Of a DNA stretch of 64,000 bases, positions 14,511 to 23,926 are shown piece after piece. Location: positions 27,158,001 to 27,222,000 of the forward strand of contig NC_087436.1 of assembly GCF_036321535.1 (NCBI RefSeq), written 5' to 3'. Within the stretch, counting starts at the first letter, position 1; every line of letters starts with the position of its first letter. The translations under genes were made by a program, and so were the position numbers. The stretch comes from Camelus dromedarius. Lineage: Eukaryota. The notes under the pieces are model-generated. The model saw nothing but the letters and a program-made list of their open reading frames with translations, ran no database searches and was not told where the DNA came from.

Positions 14511-14654
14511 TAAGAACGATTTTAGTCAGATATGAATAACTAGCTATTATTTCATTGACAGGAAGTAATCTTCCAGTTTGAATGTATATATAATTTCCAT
14601 TTTGATTGTACTCTTTCCATAAAGTTATCTAACAAATCATTTCTTTAACATTTT

Positions 14655-15185
14655 ATGTCCCCCAGAATTCCCCATGTGTGGTCAGGCCATGCATGGTCAG
14701 ACCCAGAAACCCCAGGCAGCCTGGCTGCCTGGTTAGGGGTGGGGTTGGGGGGGGGGCGTGTGCATGCCCAGTTCACTTGTAGCACCTGCCCTCAGGCATC
14801 CAGGAGCTTTAGGTATTTGTGCACAGGAGCCACCCCAGCCCAGAAGGCCATTTTCTAGAACATTGGTTCCCCAAACTGCACTCCTGATGCAGAGCTTGGT
14901 AGGTCCTTTGAACCAGATACACAGGGCCTTCTGAAGGGTCGGTTCTCCCAAGTATCTCTAATCAGTGGACTCTCTGGCACTGCCCTGGATGGTAGGGCCA
15001 AGGAGCTCCCTTGAGTTCTGGCTGCAGGGAGCAAAATTCTGTATGGTAGAAGGGTGGACCTTAACAGCTTTGGGGTCACCCTCCACCCTTCCAGAAATCC
15101 CATCTGTGGCCCAGTATATCTCTACATGGCCGGGAACCAGGGACAGACCCGTGGAGCCTTGGATGCTAAGTCACCCATCTGTACA
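14655..15185. other. Unexplained GC-rich segment, possible retrocopy fragment
   Basis: Sharp compositional boundaries against AT-rich flanks. CpG-poor, all six frames interrupted, and no repeat family recognised. Confidence 0.35.
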
Positions 15186-16644
15186 TTATAAAATGGTTTT
15201 TCATTTTCTCTCCTCATTTTTATCATTATCTTCCTCATCTTAATCTCTTTATCCTTACCCTTATACTCTGAGCAATCTTTCAAAATTTGCCTTTTTGTCC
15301 TTTGATTTTTCTTCAAATAACATATGTGCATTTAGTTTCTTTAATATTAACTTTAATTATGCTTTATAAATTTAGATACATTTCAATACTTCCTTTTTAT
15401 CTTCTGCTCCATTAAACTTGTTTTTAGTCTTTGTATCTCTTTCTGTTGTTCCCTGATTTTCCCCCTTTCTCTACAACCTGCAATTATTAATCATTCCTAT
15501 TCATGATTTGTGTTTATCTTTTGTTTTGTTTTATTTCTTACGGAAAATCAGGTTAAAAATGTTTGTTCTTCCTTTAAGTTTTCAGAATGGGATCTCTACT
15601 TCTCCTGTCCATCAGTCTATTTTAATGGTTACTTCATCCTTTTTTTCCTTCAGTAATGTTTGCACTGATATATATGTGTCAAGAAGGTATGAAGGATTTT
15701 TCCTGGGTGTGTTCATTGACCAGTGTGTGCTGGTTGAATTTTCTTTTCATGGCTGTAGTGTACATTCTAGTATAATTTGGGGCATATGGGACATTTATCT
15801 GTTCTGGTTCTGCTATGTTAAATTTCGCTCCTGCCCTGCCTCAGCTCCCTGTTTCTGTGAAGATTCAGGATAGGTAGATTATTTGAAATGCTCCATATTC
15901 TTGGCATGTGTCTTATTAGAGATTTTTTGTCACTGTATTAATACTCTTCCTAATTGAACTATGTGTGTTAGCATTGCACTTTCAAAAGTACACGATTCAT
16001 TGCCAACATCTCTCCCGACTTCCTGCCTTAGTGTGTTCTGGGCAGTTTTAACCCCATATAATTGTGTGTGTGTGTGTGTACATGTGCCTTTGGGAGAAGA
16101 ATGGTAAGTGTGTCTCTCAGTCAACTGGCTTAAAGCCAATTTTCCAAAATACTACAATTCATTGAAAGTCAGTTCACCAAGTGGTATCATTCAGTAAATA
16201 TTCAATTTGTTTAGTAATACATTGCTAAATAAACAAAACTTTCTTTGTACTATTCACATGAAGGCTTACAGTGGTTCATGAAAAGAAATGTGTTTATGTT
16301 CAAAGCATATAAGTATCAATTTTTTTTTTCTGGTTGTGTATTTGATGCTTCAATTTCACTAAACTTAGCTAAATTTAGAGCACTTGTATGCTTTTAAAAA
16401 GTTATTATAGAATGAACATTTCCAAAGTCACAGTAAAAAGAGTTGAGTGGAAGGGCAGTTCTGTGAGACGGAATTATGACCAGGTATTACCGCACATTGT
16501 GGAGGTAAGTGTAGTGTGTAGCTTCACAGTGGAGTTTGCCCTTTGGATGCTGTATTTTCCCACGTATCCAATATCTAAGGACTCCTTCTCCTTTAGTGTC
16601 CATTAATTTTCCCCAGAGTAAAGAACACCACTTGATTCTTTTTC

Positions 16645-16770
16645 CTTATTGTCTATCTCTTCTACCCTGAAATATAAGCTTTCTAAAACAGGGGCTTTGT
16701 TTTGTTTCCTGCTGAGTTTCTAGTGCCTAGAAATAGTGTATGCTGAACAATAGAAATAATCACTGTAATT
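16645..16770 (+). mobile_element. L2 3' fragment
   Basis: aatataagctttc...aggggctttgttttgtttcctgctgagtttctagtgcctagaa. Confidence 0.55.
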
Positions 16771-16791
16771 GTTATAGTTATTAATAATAAC

Positions 16792-17056
16792 TGGTAGACA
16801 GTGGTTCCAGTGTGTATTCCCTTTTCCAACAGCACATCCTCTATAGGAGGATTATTCTTCCTTATTTCTTGATGTTGTGTTTAGTGACATGATTTGCTTT
16901 GGCCAAAAGAATGTGAATAGATGGTTGTCTGGCCCGGTCTAAAAGATGTTTTCACTGATCCATAGGCTAGTGAACAAGGAATAAATATCTGTCGTTGTAA
17001 GCCAGTGAGTTTTGGGGTAGTTACATGGCATTATCACAGCAAAGGCTGAAAAATAC
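16792..17056 (+). mobile_element. Old MLT1 (H/I/J-type) MaLR LTR, internally deleted
   Basis: catgatttgctttggccaa...aataaatatctgtcgttgtaagccagtgagttttgggg...gctgaaaaatac. Confidence 0.6.
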
Positions 17057-17169
17057 CATAATGCATATGTATAATGCTTCCTATAAACCAGATATTTTTC
17101 ATAGTACATTACATATTTAACATATATGTATGTGTGTGTGTATATATATGTGTATACTATATACACTTT

Positions 17170-17310
17170 CAACCTATTAGTGAGATAGATACTATTATAA
17201 GCTAAGTTTTACAAATGAGAAATCTAAGGTGTGGAGTTTAACCAACATACTCAAGTTCATAAAAACTACCAATTGTAGAGTTAAAATTTGAACTAAGCCT
17301 CTGGCTCCAG
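17170..17310 (-). mobile_element. MIR
   Basis: MIR core ttttacaaatgagaaatctaagg...atttgaactaagcctctggctccaga. Confidence 0.65.
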
Positions 17311-17312
17311 AA

Positions 17313-17860
17313 TTAGGATTGTCAGATACAGCAAATAAAAATTACAGGATGTTAGCTAATTTGATTTTCATATAAATGATGAATTAACTTTTGTTTGTTC
17401 ATTTGTTTGTTTGTTTTAATTGAGGTACCATCAGTTACAATGTGTCAATTTCTAGTGTATAGCCCAATGTCCCAGTCATGCATATACATACATATATTCG
17501 TTTTCATATTTTTTTCATTAAAGGTTGTTATAAGATATTTAACATAGTACCCTGTGCTAGACAAAAGAAACTTTTCTTTAATCTATTTTTATATATAGGG
17601 GCTAACACTTGTAAATCTCAAACTCCCAAATTTATCCTTTTCCACCCCCTTCCCCTAGTAACCATAAGATTGTTTACTATGTCTGCAAGTCTGTTTCTGT
17701 TTTGTAGATGAGTTCCTTGTGTCTTTTTTTTTTTTCTTTTTTTGTTAGATTCCACATATGGTATTTTTCTTTCTCTTTCTGGCTTACTTCACTTAGTGGT
17801 TTTATTGTATAAGTTTATTCCAAGTATTGTAAAGGTGCCTATATTTTATCTGTAATCTTA
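17313..17860. mobile_element. MER53-like MITE interrupted by an L1 3' end
   Basis: Left end taggattgtcagatacagcaaataaaaattacaggatg and right end cctatattttatctgtaatctta are degraded inverted termini. Confidence 0.6.
17388..17797 (-). mobile_element. Younger lineage-specific L1 3' end, 5'-truncated
   Basis: (TTTG)n-converted tail, then aattgaggtac...tgtgtcaatttctagtgtatagc. The same 3' sequence recurs in opposite orientation at 40831-40936. Confidence 0.8.
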
Positions 17861-17920
17861 TCTAGGATTCTTTCTCTTAACTGTAATGTGGTTTTTTTTT
17901 TAATAAATATTTTTAGATTC

Positions 17921-18277
17921 TGTCTTAACCATCTAGGCTGCTATAACCAGAGACTGGATAGCCTATAAACAACAGAAATGTATTTACCACATTTCTGTAG
18001 GCTGGGAAGTCCAAGATCAAGTTTCTGGTAGAGCCAATGTTTAATGAAGTCCTACACCCTGGTTCATAAACTGTCATCTTCTCATTTTGTCCTCACCTAG
18101 TAGAAAGGACAGGGAGCTCTTTGGGGCCACATAGATAAGGGCTGTAATCTCATTCAGGAGGGCTCTGCTCACATGAACTAATGACCTCCTGAAGGCCCCA
18201 CCTCCAAATATGATCACATTAGGGATTAGGTTTCAACATATGAATTTTGGGGGAACATAAATAGTCAGTCTATAGCA
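17921..18277 (-). mobile_element. MST/MLT1A-type MaLR solo LTR
   Basis: tgtctt...ggctgctataac...ggctgggaagtccaagatcaag...tttcaacatatgaattttgggg...ctatagca; TG...CA ends. Confidence 0.85.
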
Positions 18278-19029
18278 CATACCAAAAAAATACTGGTAGA
18301 ATCTCATAATGAATGTCCATGTAATGTTTTCCCATGAAGAAGGGGGTTAATATTAATTCTTCAAGAGTTTTTTGCATTTGCAAATTTAAGTTATTTAGCA
18401 ATTCAAAAGCAGGTGTAAAAGATTAAAAAAAAGCATACCCAATTATTTTAGAGCCAAAAAATGCTCAAGAAATAAAATGGGATTCTGATAAATTGATACT
18501 GTTCTTGGCTTTTTTCTCATGTTGGGTAACTGTATGTGCAACTACAATAGCTTAGGTCCAAGTACAACTTTATGTACTACATTTAAAGAAATGAATCTCA
18601 TTAAGTAATTCATAACTGTTTACTCTATCACCTACTATAATCCAAATAATAAATGAGTATAGTTCACTTTATTCATTCTTCATCCAAAAATATTACTTTT
18701 TAAAACATATTTTTCTGTGGGCAAGGCACTATTCTTTATCTTGAAAATAAATCTTTCTGTTCTCAGAGAGTTCTAAAATAATAGTCATATTACCTGCCCT
18801 CAAAGATTTGACGTGAAAAAAATATATGCATGCACATCTAACTATATTGAAATGTATCAGGTGGTGAAAGAGATATTTTCAGAGAAATTTAGAAAATGGG
18901 GCAAACTAATAGCTTTAGTGAATTAGAAAAGTCTTTACTGATAGGTGGATATTTGAATTGTATCTTTAAGGAGTAGTAGGCTGAGACACTTGGTTTTCAG
19001 ACAGATATAGAAGCTGCACAGCATAAAAG

Positions 19030-19542
19030 GGTTACCGATCACAAGTTTGTGTGCCTGACACACAGGCCAAACAAATAAAAACATCAGAGTTTGGAGCAGA
19101 GAAACATTTGTTCCAGGGTCAAGCACGGAGAATGGGTGGCTCAGGCTCAAAAAACCCCACCCCATGGTTTTCAGGAAGACGTTTTTTATAGGGGCAAAAT
19201 TTGGGATGAGGGCTGCAGGGTGTGTGACTTTCTTCTGGGGTGTGAGGTGACAGGGCAGTAGCTGCTACCTGGGCGGGGGCCTTAGCTCCTGCGGAAGTAC
19301 TCAAAGATAATGTTCCCCTGAGCAGGAACCAGGATCCTGCTTTAATCGCTGCACTATCTTTCTTGATTGCTCCTCCTTTGTTTCTGCATCCCCTTACTTC
19401 CTGATTAGCAACTGTTTGAATCTGCCCTTTTGTACCCAGGGGTGGTCTAGGAGGCTGAAGCCTTTCTCCTGAAAATAAGAAATGGGGAATTTGGAAAGGC
19501 TTTTGTACCCAAGAGGGCCCCACCCGGTCCTGCTGGGTTTGA
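19030..19542 (-). mobile_element. ERV1-class solo LTR (LTR-A)
   Basis: Typical antisense ERV1 LTR text: gttaccga...gagtttggagcagagaaa...ttttatagg...ttagcaactgtttgaatctgccctt...ctgctgggtttga. TSD not preserved. Confidence 0.8.
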
Positions 19543-19562
19543 TTATATTTGGGAGACATTAA

Positions 19563-19932
19563 TGTTAGGTAGTTTAGATAGAAATGAGCACTGGGCAGAG
19601 GGAGAGAAAGGGGAAAGGGACAATCCAGAACACAGGGAACCTGAGCTGTCATTAACCAGAGCGCAGGGAATTAATCAGTTAATCAATCAATCAGTTAATC
19701 AATTAATTAATCATCAAACCAGGATATAAAAACAGTAGGAAGGAGAAAGTGGCGCCATTTTTTCCTCTCTCGGATTGGCCCTCTCCCAGTTCTCGGGAGT
19801 GTACTATCTTTCACTATTTTTTTTTTTTTCACTAATAAAAATTTTGGTTATCATGCTCTTTTCTGTCTCATCAAAAATCTTTTTTCAGGTGACAAAGAAC
19901 CGAGGTGATTCTTACTTTGTTTCCCGGTAACA
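19563..19932 (+). mobile_element. Young ERV1-class solo LTR (LTR-B copy 1, 370 bp)
   Basis: TGTTA...TAACA inverted ends. Perfect 4-bp TSD TTAA at 19559-19562 and 19933-19936. TATAAAA at 19725-19731 and AATAAA at 19834-19839. Second copy at 41804-42167. Confidence 0.92.
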
Positions 19933-20019
19933 TTAAGAACCTGGATGTGGCTACAGTAAAGGAAGTTTCATTTGAATCGGGTCTTGACAAATTACGGAGA
20001 ATAAGAAACAGCTGTGCCC

Positions 20020-20343
20020 AGAAAGGAAGCGGGCCTCTTGCGCAGGCGCCCTGTGCCGCCTGCCGGCTGCGTAGGCAGGCGGCGGCCGTGGCCCAGCAGG
20101 AGGGCCCAGCAGGAGAGCCCAGGTTTGGCCTCCGATGTGGGGCCTGTCAGGCCAGCCCCACCGGCTTCCTCTGCTGACAGAAGGCAGGCGCCCCAGCGCT
20201 GGGGCCTCTGAGGCGCAGCGGGACTAGCAGCTGAGGGCTATGGCTGGGGCTTCCTGGGCGCGGTGGGGCTGCTGGGCTCCGGCTACCGAGGCTCCGGTAG
20301 CGCCCGCGTGTCTGAGCCAGCGGCGCAGGGGTGCTTCTGCCAG
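20020..20343 (+). promoter_or_regulatory. Small CpG island, candidate promoter and first exon
   Basis: About 25 CpGs in about 310 bp by manual count, in an otherwise CpG-depleted window. ETS-like aggaagcg at 20024-20031, NRF1-like tgcgcaggcgcc at 20039-20050. The GC-rich stretch ends at a CAG|GTGAGT donor (20343/20344). Confidence 0.7.
20240..20343 (+). other. Candidate translated part of the first exon ([34 protein letters not shown], ends in phase 2)
   Basis: gctATGG Kozak context, open to the donor. No homologue recognised; could equally be a uORF or noncoding. Confidence 0.3.
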
Positions 20344-20850
20344 GTGAGTGGTTACTGGGATGATTGTACCTGTGAGATTGCAATCATTGATAGATTTAAT
20401 AACCACAGGCTTTCCCCCAGACTTCAGAAACTTCTGAAAACTGATTACTTTAGATAGTAGAAAGTAAACCCTTGAAAACGCCCTGTCCTTTCTGGAGTGA
20501 TACCAGCCTTGTGGAAGAAGGGACTGTGCCAAGTGTCAAGCCTCGTCAATTGGATGAAGTTCCTGACAGGATTGTATCTGTCGCTACAATTCTGAAGAAG
20601 TCAGTGAGGTCATTCGAGAACGTGAGCAAGAATAAGGACATGGAGCTGCGGAGGAATCTCTGAGGGAGGAAAAGCAGGTGGCTGTCTTCAGGCGATCAAG
20701 CATGATGATTCCTCAGACAACTCCTGTGAAGCTGACGGTATAACATTTTTTATACTATGCATGTTGTTTAAAATTGTGCGTAAGGAAAAAAAAGTTCTTT
20801 TAAAATAATTAAAAAAAAAAACAAAAAAACCCAACAACTCAGTTTCTAAT

Positions 20851-21440
20851 AGTTTGGCAGTTCCTTCAAAAGCTAAACAGAGAATTACCCTATGACCTAA
20901 TAGTTCAGCTCCTCAACGTGTACCCAGAAAGACTGAAGACAGGGAAACAGATACTTGTACACCTGTGTTCACAGCAGCATTATTCACAGGAAACAACCCA
21001 AGTGTCCATCAGATGAAGTTGTAACAAAGTGTGGTATATACATGCAATGAATGGAACACTCTTCAGCCATAAAAAATGAAGTTCTAATACATGCTACAAT
21101 GTGGATAAACCTTGAAAACATTGTGTTAAATGAGATAAGCCAGATACAAAAGGACAAATATTGTATGACTCCACTTACATGAAATATTTAGAATTGTCAA
21201 ATACATAGAGACAGATTTGAGGTTTTCAGGAGTTAGGGGGAAAGGAGAATGGGGAATTATTCCTTAATGGTTACAGAGTTTCTGTTAGAGGTCACAGAAA
21301 ACTTTGGAAACAATGAAGGTGGTTGTACAATATTGTGAATGTTATTAATGACACTGAATTGTACTCTTAAGCATGGTTAAAATGGCAAGTTTCATATGGT
21401 ATCTATTTTACCATAATAATACAATTTAAAAAGAAAAACA
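20851..21440 (+). mobile_element. L1MB-type 3' end
   Basis: agtttggcagttcc...ttaccctatgacc...agccagatacaaaaggacaaatattgtatgac...ggttaaaatggcaa, followed by an A-rich tail. Confidence 0.85.
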
Positions 21441-22239
21441 AGTTTTTGGGAAAAAAATTCAATGCCTGAGTTTTGCAGTGCTCTGTGCCTAGTAAAATAT
21501 ATAATTTTTGTAATATATGCAGGTATTTTGCATAAATAGCTGAAAGGTAGAGATTTCAAAACGTGCTTTTGTTATATTGGCCTTGGATTGTTAAGTATTT
21601 TCGTTAGTGATGGTTTGTGTTATTTTTGGAAGAGAAAATAATGAACCATGAGTTATGTCTGTGACATCTAAAACTAAGCTAGAACACTGGTACTATTAAA
21701 ATCTAGGAGCTCTAGAACCCATTAGAAACATTTGATTTGTGGATTTATTAATTTAGATTTATGAATTCTCCTTTTCCTCCGTTTTTAGTATCTCCTTTTT
21801 TTTTTTTTTGTAAGTTTAATTGTTAGCCTTTTAATTGGCTAAACAAAATCAAAGCAAATTGAGTTTTTGTATCCTTCTTTGGTTCTTTTGGGACAGATTA
21901 ATGATCTTTTAGAAAATCAGTGAAAAGAATGATACAGCTCATTTTAACCACAAACAAAAGATGAATCCTGCAAACTTCTTTCCCCCAAAATGAAAAAGGG
22001 AAACTACTTATTTTTAAATTTGTGGCTTTATTTGGGGGGAAAAAAAAGAAAGATACATCTGTGTTTCTTAATAAAAGCCATGACCCTATTTTCGCAGACA
22101 AATATCTATAATCTTTTATTCCTAATTCCCAAATCTGAAAACTATAAAAAAATGAACATTTTTCTCCTTAAGTTTAGTACAGGTTCATTCAGTGTGAATA
22201 GTCATGTGTTTTACTGCAGAAATATTTATGTATTTGATT

Positions 22240-22386
22240 AAAGGTCACTGCCCCAGTCTCTGCTTGGATAATATTCAACATACTGCATGTTGCATGTACT
22301 GTATTACCTTTCTAAAATCTGAAAAGTTCTGAATTCCAAAACCAATTTTGCCCCAGGGATGTAGGGTAAAGAGCTGTGGACTTGTA
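22240..22386. mobile_element. Tigger-type DNA transposon end fragment
   Basis: tattacctttctaaaatctgaaaagttctgaattcc...gccccaggg...tgtggacttgta resembles a recalled Tigger/MER46C-like terminus followed by TA. Confidence 0.5.
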
Positions 22387-22459
22387 CTTAGCTTTAGACC
22401 AGTAAAGAAAGGGGGCTAACATGCTCTCCCAAGCCTAAGCGTGCCATCTTTTCTTCAAG

Positions 22460-22489
22460 GATTCTTTGGCCTAAAAATTGTTACATGAG
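22460..22489 (+). other. Candidate 30-nt micro-exon
   Basis: Acceptor catcttttcttcaag| and donor gag|gtaaat. Stop-free only in phase 2 (ILWPKNCYM). Confidence 0.3.
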
Positions 22490-22606
22490 GTAAATTTTTT
22501 ACAGAAAGAAGAATGAGAAGAATACTTTGTAAAGGGATAGATAGATAGGTATGTAGGTAAATAGCAACGTTTAATTTAAATAAATTGAAATTTTAATTTT
22601 TTCTAG

Positions 22607-22639
22607 AGGTGATGGGTGGCAGCCTAGTTCCATAAGCAG
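22607..22639 (+). other. Candidate 33-nt micro-exon
   Basis: Acceptor ttttaattttttctag| and donor cag|gtatgt. Stop-free only in phase 2 (GDGWQPSSIS). Confidence 0.4.
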
Positions 22640-23522
22640 GTATGTGTCATTCTTATATGTGTGCTTTGGAGAGAAGATTTCAAATCTCTCATGGTACTTC
22701 ATGCTTTCCCTCTGGAAAGATGTGAATCCCAGAACTAAGTCATACAAGAGTCTCCCTTATTATATCAGTTTAGGAGCTCCAAATCACGTTTGATGATGAA
22801 AAAAAATATTTCTGTGACTGATAAACAGACTTGAATACCGCAAAGACTGGAATATTCTGCGTCTACATCACTAAGAGGAATAAAGGCTTTTCATGCAGAA
22901 GTAAAGCATAGCCACTGCTGGGGCTTTAGCTGAATGCATTCCTGGGGTGACGTCTTGTCTGGAGTATGTGGTCTTAGTTGTCCTCTGCTTAGTTGTCCTC
23001 TGCTCTTAGTGGGATTTCTTGGGCACTGTTAACCTAGGCGTTGATTTGTTGGTGAGGGTTATAAGGTAGGGATAAACAATCATCACCTAAATAAATGTGA
23101 CATATTCTGTTGATTATTTTGAATATTTAGTTTCTTGGATTCAGTCAAAGAAGAGGAATAAATAAGACCTGCTACACACATTTTATGCCAACTTTAAAGG
23201 AACAATGAAAAAATATATGTTCATTTAGAGCAAGTGCTATTACATTAAGTAAATAATGAATGAATAATAAGCAAATTAGACAGATCTTCCTTAAATATAT
23301 TTTAATTAAAAAGTTAATTAGTTTTAAAATACAGTAACAGTCTTTGGCTTGAGAATGTAGTATTAAAGACATTTCTTATCCACTCTCTTCTCTGAAACCA
23401 ATTGAAAACAGGAATATCATGGAAAAGTAAAAGATAATGTTAATTTCAGTGAAACTAGAAAGCATCTCAGATTCCAAATTTGAAACTAAGAAGAATAATT
23501 TAAATACAGTAATTTGGATTTA

Positions 23523-23662
23523 TGGTGGGGAGGGTAAAGCTCAGTGGTAGAGTGCGTGCCTAGCATGCAGGAGGTCCTAGGTTCAATTCCAAGTACTTCT
23601 ATTAAAAATAAATAAACAAGCACACAAACTTAATTACACCCCTCCAAAAATAAATAAATAAA
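23523..23662 (+). mobile_element. tRNA-derived SINE, vic-1-like
   Basis: ggggagggtaaagctcagtggtagagtgc...ggttcaattcc and an (AAAT)n tail. Perfect 22-bp flanking repeat taaatacagtaatttggattta at 23501-23522 and 23663-23684. Confidence 0.92.
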
Positions 23663-23714
23663 TAAATACAGTAATTTGGATTTAACAGTACAATGCTTAC
23701 TTTGTTTCAGGTAC

Positions 23715-23910
23715 TTTTTATTAGCATTTGGGATATATTAGAGGGGGAAGATAATAGCAGATAAAGATTTTTATACTTTGAAAGCTTGCATTTTAGTAGA
23801 AACTAGACAATGAACAATAAACATTATAAATAAGTAAATTATATAATATATAAAGAGGTAATTAATGATGTGAAATTGAGGAAATTATAGCAGAGTAAAA
23901 CTGGATAGGA
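23715..23910 (-). mobile_element. L2 fragment
   Basis: agcttgcattttagtag...agacaatgaacaataaac...aagtaaattatataatat. Appears to continue after the MER31 insertion. Confidence 0.55.
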
Positions 23911-23926
23911 AATTCCTATCCAGAAT

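Larger units (their letters stand above)
18670..19965 (-). mobile_element. Degraded L2 interrupted by two LTR insertions
   Basis: ttcattcttcatcc...aggcactattct...cctgccctcaa.... L2-like sequence resumes between and after the LTRs (gaacctggatgtggctacag). Confidence 0.5.

Noticed and set aside
19119..19652. Longest ORF in the track (177 aa, minus)
   Set aside because: Runs across two unrelated LTRs and their 20-bp spacer, with no recognisable domain; most likely a chance frame.
19670..19715. DUX4-type binding site in the LTR-B array
   Set aside because: Spacing gives the 10-mer TAATCAATCA rather than the 11-mer TAAYYYAATCA; better described as PBX- or P2-type words.
23523..23600. tRNA genes (also 10443-10537 and 33016-33090)
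   Set aside because: A/B boxes are present, but the cloverleaves are degenerate and carry A-rich tails, and two copies have TSDs; these are SINEs.
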